Below are positions 44,055 to 59,945 of a DNA stretch of 64,000 nt, one piece after another. The position numbers and the translations under genes are program-made. The notes beneath the pieces were generated by a model. That model did no database searches and had not been told where the DNA came from. It saw nothing but the letters and a program-made list of their open reading frames with translations. Source of the DNA: an uncultured delta proteobacterium (GTDB lineage: Bacteria; Myxococcota; Myxococcia; Myxococcales; Anaeromyxobacteraceae); contig CAVYBH010000008.1 of assembly GCA_963766715.1 (NCBI GenBank), forward strand, positions 672,001 to 736,000, given 5' to 3'. Every line of letters begins with the position of its first letter. Within the stretch, counting starts at the first letter, position 1.

Positions 44055-44748
44055 ATGACCGCCACGAACCCCGCGCCCGATCGCCTTCCCGTTCCCCTGG
44101 ACGACGCCGGCCTCGTCTCTCGCGTCCGGGCCGGCGACCTGGCGGCCTTCGAGACCCTGATGCGGCGCCACAACCAGCGCGTCTACCGCGCCGTCCGCGC
44201 CATCCTCCGGGACGAGACCGAGGTCGAGGACGCCATGCAGCAGGCCTACCTGCTGGCCTTCTCGGGGCTGGACGGGTTCGTGGGCGCCTCGTCCTTCTCG
44301 ACCTGGCTCGTCCGCATCGCCGTGAACGAGGCCCTGGGCCGCCTGCGCCGGCGCGTCCGGGCGATCCCGCTCGAGGAGGATTCCATGAACGACCGAACTC
44401 CCCGCCATCTCACCGGCCGATTCGCCGGAGGACCAGGCCGCCACCCGCGAGGCCATCCGCCTCGTCGAGTCGGCCGTGGACGCCCTGTCGGTCGAGCACC
44501 GCACCGTCTTCATGCTGCGGGAGGTCGAGCAGCTCACCACCACCGAGACCTCCGAGGCCCTGGGGATCTCCGAGGAGAACGTGAAGGTCCGGCTGCACCG
44601 GGCCCGCCACGCCCTGCGCGGCGCGCTGTACGAGCGGGTGGGGCGCGGCGCGGCCGCGGCCTTCCCCTTCTTCGCGCCCCGCTGCGACCGGGTGGTCGCG
44701 GGCGTCATGGCCGTCCTGCTGGGAACCACGCGGCCGGCGAGGTCCTAG
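44055..44748 (+). CDS. ECF RNA polymerase sigma factor with C-terminal RCD extension (frameshift near 44410)
   Basis: Region 2 (EDAMQQAY, FSTWLVRIAVNEAL), region 4 (HRTVFMLREVEQLTT.ET...NVKVRLHRAR), tail FPFFAPRCDRVV. Confidence 0.9.
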
Positions 44749-45119
44749 CGCGCCGGCCCGAAGCGCAGCACGGTGCCCGGCGGGAGCCGATCGATCCGCT
44801 CCACCCGGAGACGGGGGCCCTTCCAGTCCATCGAGAACCGGATCTCCACCTTGTCCCCCACGGCCAGGTCCTTCGCCGGGATGGGCGGCGCGACGTCGAA
44901 GGGCATCACCATCGCGTCCATGCCCACCACCTTGCCCGACGCGTCGACGAAGTCGGCGATGGCCTCGTGGCGGACGAGCACCTGCGTGCCGGCGGTCACG
45001 GGCGTGGGCGGCGCGACCACCTCGCCGCGGACGGTGTAGACGCGTGCGCCCTCCCCGGCCGGCGGCGGGGACGCCGTGCAGGCGACGAGGAGGAGCAGGA
45101 AGGCGGGTGCGGCCCTCAC
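44745..45119 (-). CDS. CusF-like copper-binding lipoprotein
   Basis: Lipobox LVAC; YTVRGEVV, VRHEAI...GMDAMVMPF, LAVGDKVEIRF (His-Met-Met Cu(I) site pattern). Confidence 0.8.
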   Translation of the reverse strand: MRAAPAFLLLLVACTASPPPAGEGARVYTVRGEVVAPPTPVTAGTQVLVRHEAIADFVDASGKVVGMDAMVMPFDVAPPIPAKDLAVGDKVEIRFSMDWKGPRLRVERIDRLPPGTVLRFGPAR

Positions 45120-45475
45120 CGCCGGTCGTCCTTCGCGTCGTGCTCCGCGTGGAAGACGTGCAGCACCCGGCTCATGAAGGGCGACAGGATGACGCCGGTG
45201 GCCGCGATGAGGACCAGGCCCGAGTAGAGCGCGTACAGGCCGGCGAAGATCTTGGCCCGGTTCGAGGGGAGGGACTCGGTGGGCCCCATCCCGCTCATGA
45301 TCATGGACGCGCTGTAGAACGAGTCGACCCAGCCGAGCCCGGCGAAGTGGTGGTAGCCGACGATGCCGACCGCGAGCGAGACGCTCACCAGCGCCCCGGC
45401 GATGCCCCCGGCCCGGAGCAGCCCGTGGCGGAAGACGCGGCGGCGGTGGGAGACGGTCGCGTGCGACGTGGTCAT
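45116..45475 (-). CDS. Small 2-TM ion-channel-pore-like membrane protein
   Basis: TM1, then GLGWVDSFYSASMIMSGMGP (pore-helix-like), then AKIFAGLYALYSG (TM2). ATG 45475 with RBS GGAGG. Confidence 0.65.
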   Translation of the reverse strand: MTTSHATVSHRRRVFRHGLLRAGGIAGALVSVSLAVGIVGYHHFAGLGWVDSFYSASMIMSGMGPTESLPSNRAKIFAGLYALYSGLVLIAATGVILSPFMSRVLHVFHAEHDAKDDRR

Positions 45476-45486
45476 CCCGCCCCTCC

Positions 45487-46282
45487 TCAGATGTCGAACT
45501 CGAGCTGGTCCCGGACCGTCTTCCTCGCCTGGGGATCGTGCTCGTACTTGTGGTGCAGGTGGACCGGCTTCTCGGCCCGGGCCCGCAGCCGGAGGTTCAG
45601 GAGCTCCACCGACAGCGAGAAGGCCATGGCGAAGTACACGTAGCCGCGCGGGAATGTGCTGGCCGAGCGCCTCGGCCACCAGCATGACCCCGATGAGGAT
45701 GAGGAAGGAGAGCGCCAGCATCTTCACGGTGGGGTGGTCGTCGACGAACTTCCCGATGGGGCCGGCGAAGACCAGCATGACGCCCACCGCCACCACCATG
45801 GCCACCACCATCACCTCGATGTGCTGCGCCATCCCCACCGCGGTGATCACCGAGTCGAGCGAGAAGACGATGTCGAGGAGCGCGATCTGGACGATGGTCC
45901 AGCCGAAGGAGGCCTTCCCGCGCGCGGAGGCCTGCGCCTCGTGGGCCACCTCCAGCTTGTCGTGGATCTCGAAGGTGGCCTTGCCGATGAGGAAGAGGCC
46001 GCCTCCGCCCAGGATGAGGTCTCGGCCGGAGATTCCCCTGTCGGCGACGGAGAAGAGCTGGGCGGTGAGCCCCATCAGCCAGGTGATGGCGAAGAGCAGG
46101 AGCAGCCGGGTGCCCAGCGCCGCGGCCAGGCCCAGCCGGCGCGCCAGCGGCTGCTGCGCCTTCGGGAGCTTGCCCGCCAGGATCGTCAGGAAGACGATGT
46201 TGTCGACGCCGAGGACGATCTCCATCGCCGCCAGGGTGGCCAGCGAGATCCAGGTCTCCGGGTGGCTCCACATCTCGAGCAT
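45487..46282 (-). CDS. TerC-family membrane protein (frameshift near 45650)
   Basis: MEIVLGVDNIVF, GGGLFLIGKATFEIH, LDIVFSLDSVITAVG, HPTVKMLALSFL, GYVYFAMAFS. Confidence 0.9.
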
Positions 46283-46291
46283 CGCTACCTC

Positions 46292-47294
46292 TTAGCGCAG
46301 AAGGAAGCGGTACACACCCTCCCGGAGCTCGCGCCTGGCCTCGCCGCGCTCCTCCAGGACCTCGAGGTTGGCGAGCGCCTCGGAGACCGTCAGGAAGAGG
46401 GCCGACGGCGGCACGCGCGGGAAGAGGCGCACCGTCACCTCCCAGCCCGTGAGCGGCCCCGCGGCGAGCTCCTCGCGGATCCGCTGCTGCCGCTTCCCGT
46501 AGAACCCGAGCAGCCGGTCGATGACCGACCGGTGGTCGCCAAAGGGCGTGGCGTGGCCGGGCAGCACGAGGTCCACGTCGAGCTCCCGCAGCCGGCCGAT
46601 CGACACCAGGTAGGCGACGAGCGGCCGCCAGCCCTCCTCGCCGTCGGGGCCGAGCTCGATGAGCGGGTTCGGCGAGACGTGCTCGAGCAGGTGGTCGTCG
46701 GAGAGGACGAGCCGGTGCTCCCGGTCGTACAGGCACAGGAGGCCGGGGGTGTGGCCCGGCATGTGGAGCGGCTCGAGGGTGACGTGCTTCATCCGCAGGG
46801 GCTCGGAGAGGTCGAGCGGCTCGACGCGCGGGATGCGGCGGGCCTTCGTGAACCCCTCGCTCACCTGCCTCCAGGCCTGCACGAGGATCTCCGGCGGCAC
46901 CCCCAGCTTCTGGAAGAAGGCGGCGTAGGCCGGCACCTGCTCCGAGAAGCGCGGGAAGCCCTCGGCCATCTTGGGGATGTCGCGGGGGTGGGCGTGGACC
47001 GGGACCGGCGTGACCGGCCCGCTCGAGCAGGTTCATCGCCCCGCCGTAGTGGTCGATGTGGCCGTGGGAGACGACGATGCGCGAGATGTCGGCGGGCGAG
47101 CGGCCGATCCGCTCCAGCCCGGCGGCCATCGCCCCCTGGGCCTCCGGCGCGCCCAGCCCGGAGTCGAAGAGGAGGAGGCCGCCGTCGCGGTCCTCGATGG
47201 CGTAGGCGTTCACCGGCCCACCCGCCTCGAGGAACGGGATGGGCATGGAGATCCGGTGGATCCCCAGCCCGGCGAGGTCCGCCTCCGCGATCAC
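46292..47294 (-). CDS. MBL-fold metallo-hydrolase (frameshift near 47010)
   Basis: PVNAYAI, FDSG, SHGHIDHYG, PGHTPG, SDDHLL, PGH. Confidence 0.85.
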
Positions 47295-48259
47295 GAGCCC
47301 TTGCCGGCCTTGATCTTCTCCCGGAGCTCGGGAACGGCCTTGAAGAGGTCCGCCACCAGCCCGTAGTCGGCGAGCTGGAAGATGGGGGCCTCGACGTCCT
47401 TGTTGATGGCCACGATGACCTTGGAGCCCTTCATCCCGGCCAGGTGCTGGATGGCGCCGGAGATGCCCGCCGCGATGTACAGCTCGGGCGCGACCACCTT
47501 GCCGGTCTGCCCGACCTGCCAGTCGTTCGGCACCCACCCGGCGTCCACCGCCGCGCGGCTCGCGCCGAGCGCCGCGCCCAGGTCGTCGGCCAGGCCCTCG
47601 AGCTCCTTGAAGTCGCCCTTGGTGCCGCGGCCGCCGGCCACCACCACGCGCGCCTCGGTCAGCTCGGGGCGCTCGCTCTTCACTTCCTTGAACTCCACGA
47701 AGCGGGTCGGCAGCGCGGCGGGATCGACCGACACGGCCACCGCCTTCACCTCGCCGGCGGCGCCCTTGGCGGCGGCCGGGAACTCGGTGGGACGGACGGT
47801 GAAGGCCTTCACCGGCGTCGCCAGGTCCACCTCGGCGAGCACGTTGCCCGCCCACATGGGGCGGTGGAAGGTGACGGCCGGGCCGGCGCCGCCGAAGCCG
47901 AGCACCTCCGTGGCGGTGGCCGCGCCCAGGCGGGCCGCCACGCGCGGGACCAGGTCCTTGCCGAAGGCGGTGGCGGCGGCGCCCACGTGGGTGGCGCCGA
48001 TCCCCTTCGCGATCTCGGCCACCACCGGGGCGAAGGCCTCGGCGATGGGGTGCTCGAGGGCGGCCGAGTCGGCCGCGTGGACGGTGACGCCGTACCCGGC
48101 CAGCTCGGTGGCCAGCGCGCCGAGGCCCTTGCCGAGCAGGGCGACGTGGACGGTGCCACCGGTGCGCGCGGCGACGGCCTGGCCGGCGGCGATGGCGTGG
48201 AGGGTGGCCTTCCGGAGGTGGCCGCCCGACTGCTCCGCGATGATGAGGACGTTGGACAT
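47291..48259 (-). CDS. etfA: Electron transfer flavoprotein alpha subunit
   Basis: [39 protein letters not shown]. Confidence 0.96.
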   Translation of the reverse strand: MSNVLIIAEQSGGHLRKATLHAIAAGQAVAARTGGTVHVALLGKGLGALATELAGYGVTVHAADSAALEHPIAEAFAPVVAEIAKGIGATHVGAAATAFGKDLVPRVAARLGAATATEVLGFGGAGPAVTFHRPMWAGNVLAEVDLATPVKAFTVRPTEFPAAAKGAAGEVKAVAVSVDPAALPTRFVEFKEVKSERPELTEARVVVAGGRGTKGDFKELEGLADDLGAALGASRAAVDAGWVPNDWQVGQTGKVVAPELYIAAGISGAIQHLAGMKGSKVIVAINKDVEAPIFQLADYGLVADLFKAVPELREKIKAGKGS

Positions 48260-48268
48260 GGCGTTCTC

Positions 48269-49072
48269 CTAGAGGACCTTGGCCTCGGTCTTCAGCTTGG
48301 CGTAGAGCTCGGCGACGTCGGCGACCTTCTGGCCGCCCTGGCGCTTGGGGGGCTCGGACAGCTTCTTCACCACCACCTTGGGCGCGAGATCCACGCCCAG
48401 CGAGGGGCCGGGGATCTCCTCCACCGGCTTCTTCTTGGCCTTCATGATCCCGGGCAGCGACGCGAAGCGGGGCTTGTTGAGCCGCAGGTCGCAGGTCACC
48501 ACCGCGGGCAGGGAGACGTCGACGGTGAGGAGCCCGCCGTCCACCTCGCGCACCACCCGCAGCGACTTCCCGTCGGCGGCGAGCGCCACGCCCGGCTGCT
48601 TCTTCTGCTCGGCCTCGCTCTCCAGGCTCTCGACCTTGGAGGCGAAGGTGGCCTGCCCGGCGCCGATGCGCTCGGCGAGGTACTGGCCCACCTGGTTCTG
48701 GTCGTCGTCGATCGACTGCTTCCCGAGCAGCACGACGTCCGGCTTCTCCTTCTCGACCACCTTGGCGAGGATGGCGGAGACGACCACCGGGTCGAGCGGG
48801 CCCTCGTGCTTCACGAGGATGCCGCGGTCGGCGCCCATGGCCAGCGCGGCCCGGATCTCGGTCATCGACTTGTCGCCGCCGATGCTCGCGACGATGACCT
48901 CGCCGCCGTGCTTCTCCTTGAGCCGCAGCCCCTCCTCGACGGCGATCTCGTCGAAGGGGTTCATCTTGTAGTTCACGCCCTCGGTCACGATGCCGGTGCC
49001 GTCGGGCTTCACCTTGATCTTCGACTCGGGGTCCTCGACGCGCTTCGCCGTGACCAGGATCTTGAGGGGCAT
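48269..49072 (-). CDS. etfB: Electron transfer flavoprotein beta subunit
   Basis: [47 protein letters not shown]. Confidence 0.96.
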   Translation of the reverse strand: MPLKILVTAKRVEDPESKIKVKPDGTGIVTEGVNYKMNPFDEIAVEEGLRLKEKHGGEVIVASIGGDKSMTEIRAALAMGADRGILVKHEGPLDPVVVSAILAKVVEKEKPDVVLLGKQSIDDDQNQVGQYLAERIGAGQATFASKVESLESEAEQKKQPGVALAADGKSLRVVREVDGGLLTVDVSLPAVVTCDLRLNKPRFASLPGIMKAKKKPVEEIPGPSLGVDLAPKVVVKKLSEPPKRQGGQKVADVAELYAKLKTEAKVL

Positions 49073-49211
49073 TGGGGACTCCTTGACTCTAGAATCAACG
49101 GGAAGCCCCCGATCTAGCCTGCTCCGCCGAACCGATGCAACCCCCTCGTGGCGAAGGGGGGGACCCCGGCCGAGTCCTTTCGCCGGGTCACCGCGGGCGC
49201 ATACTGGTGTC

Positions 49212-49819
49212 GTGATCCTGAACTTTCTAGCGAAGTTCAGTTATTTCGCGGTCTTCTCCCTGCTGGTGGCAGGGGGCGTGGGCGTCCCCGTGCCGGAGGA
49301 GGTCGTCCAGCTCGGGGCCGGATTCCTGGCGAAGCAGGGCACGATGGCGCTCTGGCCCGCACTCGCCGTGACAGCCGGCGGCATCCTCCTCGGCGACTAC
49401 ATCCTCTTCCGGCTCGGCCGCTCCCACGGGGCGCGGGTCATGGCCTCCCGCCACCTGAAGCGCTTCTTCACGCCGGAGCGGCGCGCCTGGGTCGAGCGCC
49501 ACTTCGAGAACCACGACTTCCTCACCGTGGCGGTGGCCCGCCTGGTCTCGCCCTTCCGGCTGCCCGTCTTCGCGAGCGCCGGCGCCATGGGCGTGTCGAC
49601 CCGCACCTTCCTGCTCGCCGACGGGCTCGCCGCCCTCGTGTCGGTGCCGCTCGTCTTCGGGCTCGGCTACCTCTTCGCGGCCCACCTCGCCGAGGTGAAG
49701 CGGAACCTCCACGACGCCGAGACGCTCGGCCTGCTGCTCCTCGTCGGGCTGGGCGGGGCCTGGTCGGGGGTGCGCCGGAAGCGGGGCGCGCGGCTCGTGC
49801 TGGTGAAGCGCGAGCCGGG

Positions 49820-49838
<19 letters not shown>
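49212..49838 (+). CDS. DedA-family membrane protein
   Basis: GVPVPEE, LLGDYILFRLGR, ARLVSPFR, FLLADGLAA. Confidence 0.85.
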
Positions 49839-54972
<5,134 letters not shown>

Positions 54973-54976
<4 letters not shown>

Positions 54977-55894
54977 GCGTTCTCCTCGGCGGACAGGGCG
55001 CCCAGCGCGATGGAGAGCAGCTTGTCGTCGGCGCGCTCGACGCGCGACGGGATGAGCACCGGCGCCCGGGCCCCCTCGATGACGTGGGCCACGGGCTTGC
55101 CGGCCAGCCAGGAGAAGGCCTTGCCCAGGATGTTGCCGGCCTCGATGGTGGGCACGAGCAGGATGTCCGCCTTGCCGGCCAGCGGGTGGTCGATGCCCTT
55201 GGCCTTGGCCGCCCAGGGCAGGATGGCGTTGTCGAGCGCCAGCGGCCCGACCACCCGGCAGTCGCCGAGCTCCCCCTTCTCGCAGAGCTCCACCAGCGCC
55301 CGGGCGTCCTGGGTGTGGGGCATGGCGGGAGACGGGGTCTCCACCGCGCAGAGCACCGCCACCACCGGCCTCGCGAAGCCGAGCCGGTGGAAGACCCGCA
55401 CGGCGTTCTCGAGGATGGCCCGCTTCTCGGCCAGCCGCGGGCGCGACGTTGACGCCGCCATCGGTGATCCCCACGAGGCGGCGCGGCGGCGCGGTGGGGT
55501 GCTCGCTCACCATCACGTCGGAGAGGACCCGGCCGGTGCGCAGGCCGTGATCGCGGTCGAGGACGGCGCGCAGCAGGTCGCCGGTGGGGAGCCGGCCCTT
55601 GAGGAGCATGGACGCCTCGCCCGCCCGGACCCGCTCCACGGCCAGCGCGGCGGCCCGCGCGTCGTCCGGCTCGTGGACGATCTCGTGGTGCGACGGGTCC
55701 TCCTCGAGCTTCCAGAGCCGATCGACGAGCCCCTCCCGGTCGCCGAAGAGCAGCCCGCGCGCGATCCCGCGCCGCCGCGCCGCCACCACCGCGGCGAGCG
55801 CGGTCTCGCTCTCGGCGGCCGGGACGGCGACCACGCGGGGCCCGAGCGCCCGCGCGCGGTCCACCAGCTCGTCGAGCGATCGGACGGGATCCAC
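54973..55894 (-). CDS. ptb: Phosphate butyryltransferase / phosphate acyltransferase (frameshift near 55440)
   Basis: LLKGRL.TGDLLRAVLD, ITDGGVNVAP, GPLALDNA, VPTIEAGNILGK, PSR; directly upstream of buk. Confidence 0.87.
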
Positions 55895-55998
55895 CGGCCG
55901 GGGGTTTCCCACGCCCTGCGCCGTCCCGCCAGCCCTTGCCCGGGAGGCCCCGAAAAGGGAGAATCGCCGACCCATTTCCGGAAGAGGCAGGATCGATC

Positions 55999-57664
55999 GT
56001 GGAGACGGTTGCGACGAAGGCGCCCGTTCGCGGGCTGTGGAGCGGTGACGAGGCAGTGGCCCTGGCGGCGCTCGACGGGGGCGTGGCCCTCGGAACGGGA
56101 TACCCCGGCACGCCATCCACCGAGATCCTGGAGGCTTTCTCCGAGCTCGGCGGGCGCGCGCAGTGGGCGCCCAACGAGAAGGTGGCCCTCGAGGTCGGTC
56201 TCGGCGCGGCCTTCGCCGGCGCCCGGGTGCTCGTCACCATGAAGCACGTGGGCGTGAACGTGGCCGCCGACCCGCTCTTCACGGCGGCCTACACCGGCGT
56301 GGACGGCGCGCTCGTGCTGGTCTCCGCCGACGACCCCGGCATGGCGTCGTCGCAGAACGAGCAGGACAACCGGCGCTACGCGGTGGCCGCCGGGGTCCCC
56401 ATGCTGGAGCCGGCCTCCTCCCAGGAGGCCTACGACTTCACGCTCGCCGCCTTCGACCTCTCGGCTCGCTGGAAGATCCCGGTGATCCTCCGCATGACCA
56501 CGCGGGTGTGCCACTCCAAGTCGGTGGTCCGCCGCCTCGGGGCGCCGCTCCCCCCGGCGCCGCCGCCCCGCTTCGTCCGCGACATCCGCGGCCGGGTCAT
56601 GGTGCCCGGCCTTCGCGCGCCCCGCCCACCGAAAGCTCCGCCAGAAGCTCGAGGAGATCCGGGCCTGGGCCGAGACGCTCCCGCAGAACCGGATCCACGA
56701 GGCCAGCCCGGCGCTCGGCGTCGTCACCGCCGGCGTGTCCTTCCAGCACGTGCGCGAGGCCGCGCCCGAGGCCAGCGTCTTCAAGCTGGGCGTGGTCTAC
56801 CCGCTGCCCATGGAGGCGCTGCGCCGCTTCGCCGCCGGCGTGGAGCGCTGCGTGGTCGTCGAGGAGGGCGACCCCGTGCTCGCCGACGCGATGCGCGCCG
56901 CCGGGATCGCGGTCGAGGCCAAGGCCGAGATGTACCGCTTCGGCGAGCTGAACGTGGAGCGGGTGCGGCGCATCCTGGCCCGGGACGAGTCCCCCGAGGC
57001 CCCTCCCGCCAAGGCCAAGCCGCCGGAGCTCTGCGAGGCCTGCCCCTACCACCCGGTCTACGGGGCCCTGCAGCGCATGGGCTGCATCGTGGCCGGCGAC
57101 ATCGGCTGCTACACCCTGGGCGTGATGGAGCCCTACCAGGCCATGGACACCTGCGTGGCCATGGGCGCCTCGATCGGCGTGGGGCTGGGGCTGCGCCACG
57201 TGCTGCCGGAGGAGCAGGCGCGCAAGGTGGTGAGCGTCATCGGCGACTCCACCTTCATCCACAGCGGCCTGAACGGCCTGGTGGAGATGGTCTACAACCC
57301 GCCCGAGACCGGCCACGTGCTGCTCATCCTCGACAACGGGACCACCGCCATGACCGGGCAGCAGGAGCACCCGGGCACCGGCCGGACCATGTCCCACGAC
57401 GCCACCGGCCACGTCTCCATCGAGGGCATGGCGCGGGCGGCCGGCGTGCAGAACGTCGACGTCGTCGATCCGGTCAAGGACCCGAAGGGATTCGAGGACC
57501 TGCTCACGCGCCGGCTCTCGTCGAACGACCTGTCGGTCATCGTGGCCCGCCGCCCCTGCATCCTGGCGGCCGCCGACATCCGGCACTTCGAGAAGACCAA
57601 CGCCGAGAAGGCCGCTGCGGCGGCCTCCCCCTGCTCCGCCTGCGGGAGCGACGATGCCGTCTAG
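55999..57664 (+). CDS. iorA: Indolepyruvate:ferredoxin oxidoreductase alpha subunit (frameshift near 56610)
   Basis: GDEAVA, GYPGTPSTEI, NEKVALE, MKHVGVNVAAD, DDPGMASSQNEQD, LCEACPYH, GDIGCYTL, GDSTFIHSG, DNGTTAMTGQQ. Confidence 0.9.
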
Positions 57665-58169
57665 GGTCGTGAACGTCGTCTTCGCCGGGCTGGGAGGCCA
57701 GGGCGTCATCAAGGCCTCCGACGTGCTCGCCGACGCGGCCTTCCGCACCGGGCTCGACGTGAAGAAGGCCGAGATCCACGGCATGAGCCAGCGCGGCGGG
57801 TCGGTCACCTCCGACGTGCGCTTCGGCCCCGAGGTCCACTCGCCGATGATCCCCGACGGCCAGGCCGACTTCCTCGTGGTGCTGGCGCCGTCGCAGGTGG
57901 AGAACAACGTCCACCAGCTCCGCAAGGGCGGCGTGCTCTTCCCGCCCGACCTGGTGCCGGAGTCGAGCCTGAAGAACAAGCGCAGCCTCAACGTGGCGCT
58001 CCTCGGGGCCCTCTCGGTCCACCTCCAGATCGCGGAGGAGCACTGGCGGGCCGCGCTCGCGAGCTCGCTCCCCGAGCGGCTCCTGCAGGTCAACCTGGAG
58101 GCCTTCGAGGCCGGACGCGCCGCCGAGCGCGCCCGCTCGGGAGGGAAGGGACCCCATGTCCACGCCTGA
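57654..58169 (+). CDS. iorB: Indolepyruvate:ferredoxin oxidoreductase beta subunit
   Basis: [37 protein letters not shown]. Confidence 0.92.
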   Translation: MPSRVVNVVFAGLGGQGVIKASDVLADAAFRTGLDVKKAEIHGMSQRGGSVTSDVRFGPEVHSPMIPDGQADFLVVLAPSQVENNVHQLRKGGVLFPPDLVPESSLKNKRSLNVALLGALSVHLQIAEEHWRAALASSLPERLLQVNLEAFEAGRAAERARSGGKGPHVHA

Positions 58170-59475
58170 CGACTCGCGCCGGTTCCACCCCGCCAGCGCC
58201 CCCGACTACGTGCCGGCCGAGCAGCTGCGGGGCCTCCAGCTCGAGCGGCTGCAGCGCATCGTCCGCCGGGCCTACGACCGGGTGCCGCTCTTCCGCACCC
58301 GCTGCCAGGAGCGGCAGGTCGCCCCGGCCGATCTCAAGTCGCTCGAGCACCTGGCGCGCTTCCCGTTCACGCTGAAGACCGACCTCCGGGACACCTATCC
58401 CTTCGGCCTCTTCGCGAGCCCCATGGAGGAGGTGGTCCGCCTCCACGCCTCGTCGGGGACGACCGGCAAGCCCACCGTGGTGGCCTACACCCAGGGTGAC
58501 CTGGACGTCTGGACCGAGGTCATGGTCCGCGCCTTCGCCGCCTGCGGGCTCCACCGGGGCGACGTGGTGCAGAACGCCTACGGCTACGGCCTCTTCACCG
58601 GCGGCCTGGGCGCCCACTACGGCGCCGAGGCGCTGGGCGCGACGGTCATCCCCATCTCCGGCGGCAACACCGACCGGCAGATCATGGTGCTCCAGGACTT
58701 CGCGGTCACCGCCATCTGCTGCACGCCCAGCTACTTCCTGCACCTGGTCGAGCGGGCCAAGGAGCTGGGCGCGGACTTCTCCCGGCTGCGGGCCGGGATC
58801 TTCGGGGCCGAGCCCTGGAGCGAGGCCATGCGGCGCCGCATCGAGGCCGACACCGGCGTGAAGGCCTACGACATCTACGGCCTCTCCGAGATCATCGGCC
58901 CGGGCGTGGGCATCGAGTGCTTCGCCCAGTCCGGCCTGCACGTCTTCGAGGACCACTTCTACCCGGAGGTGGTCGACCCGGCGACGGGGCAGGTGCTCCC
59001 GGACGGCGCGGAGGGGGAGCTCGTGCTCACCACCCTCTCCAAGGACGCCATGCCGATGATCCGGTACCGGACCCGCGACGTGACCGCGATCATCCCCGAG
59101 CCCTGCGCCTGCGGCCGGACCATCCGGCGCATCCGCCGCATCGGGCGGCGGTCCGACGACATGTTCATCATCCGCGGCGTGAACGTCTTCCCCAGCCAGG
59201 TGGAGACGGCGCTGCTGGCGGTGGAGGGGACGCTGCCGCACTACCAGATCGTCCTCACGCGCGAGAAGGGGCTCGACGAGGTGGAGGTCCGGGTCGAGGT
59301 GACCCCCGAGGTCTTCTCCGACCAGGTCCGCGCCCTCGAATCGCTGCAGCACAAGCTGGAGCAGTCGCTCGACCACACCCTCGGCATCCGCGCCCGCGTC
59401 ACCCTCGTCGGTCCGCGCACCATCCAGCGGAGCGAGGGAAAGGCGAAACGGGTCATCGACCAGCGGCAGATCTGA
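58156..59475 (+). CDS. paaK: Phenylacetate-CoA ligase family
   Basis: [62 protein letters not shown] motif, EGKAKRVID. Confidence 0.93.
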   Translation: MSTPDDSRRFHPASAPDYVPAEQLRGLQLERLQRIVRRAYDRVPLFRTRCQERQVAPADLKSLEHLARFPFTLKTDLRDTYPFGLFASPMEEVVRLHASSGTTGKPTVVAYTQGDLDVWTEVMVRAFAACGLHRGDVVQNAYGYGLFTGGLGAHYGAEALGATVIPISGGNTDRQIMVLQDFAVTAICCTPSYFLHLVERAKELGADFSRLRAGIFGAEPWSEAMRRRIEADTGVKAYDIYGLSEIIGPGVGIECFAQSGLHVFEDHFYPEVVDPATGQVLPDGAEGELVLTTLSKDAMPMIRYRTRDVTAIIPEPCACGRTIRRIRRIGRRSDDMFIIRGVNVFPSQVETALLAVEGTLPHYQIVLTREKGLDEVEVRVEVTPEVFSDQVRALESLQHKLEQSLDHTLGIRARVTLVGPRTIQRSEGKAKRVIDQRQI

Positions 59476-59492
59476 CCCCCGGAGGACCGGAC

Positions 59493-59936
59493 ATGAAGCT
59501 TCGGCAGCTGTCGCTCTTTCTCGAGAACCGCCCCGGCGCGCTGCGCCTGCCCTGCCAGGTGCTGGGCGAGGCCGGCATCGACATCCTCTCCCTCTCCCTC
59601 GCCGACACGCAGCAGTTCGGCATCCTCCGCCTCATCGTGAAGGAGGAGGAGCGGGCCCGGAAGGTGCTCGAGGAGGCCGGCTGCGTGGTGAAGGTCACCG
59701 ACGTGCTGGCCGTCGAGGTGCCCGACCGGGCCGGCGGGCTGGCCGACATGCTCGGCGTCTTCGAGGGGTCGGGGCTCTCGGTCGAGTACCTCTACCCGCT
59801 CGTGGCCGGGCACCGGGGCAAGACCGCGGTGCTCCTGCTGCGCGTCGAGGACCCGGATCGCGCCGCCGGCCTGCTGGCCGGCCGCAAGGTGCGCGTGCTC
59901 ACGCGCGAAGAGGCGTTCGAGGCGGTCGGGGCCTGA
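59493..59936 (+). CDS. Tandem ACT-domain protein
   Basis: MKLRQLSLFLENRPG...LADTQQFGILRLIV...VPDRAGGL; RBS GGAGG. Confidence 0.9.
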   Translation: MKLRQLSLFLENRPGALRLPCQVLGEAGIDILSLSLADTQQFGILRLIVKEEERARKVLEEAGCVVKVTDVLAVEVPDRAGGLADMLGVFEGSGLSVEYLYPLVAGHRGKTAVLLLRVEDPDRAAGLLAGRKVRVLTREEAFEAVGA

Positions 59937-59945
59937 CGGCCGGGC

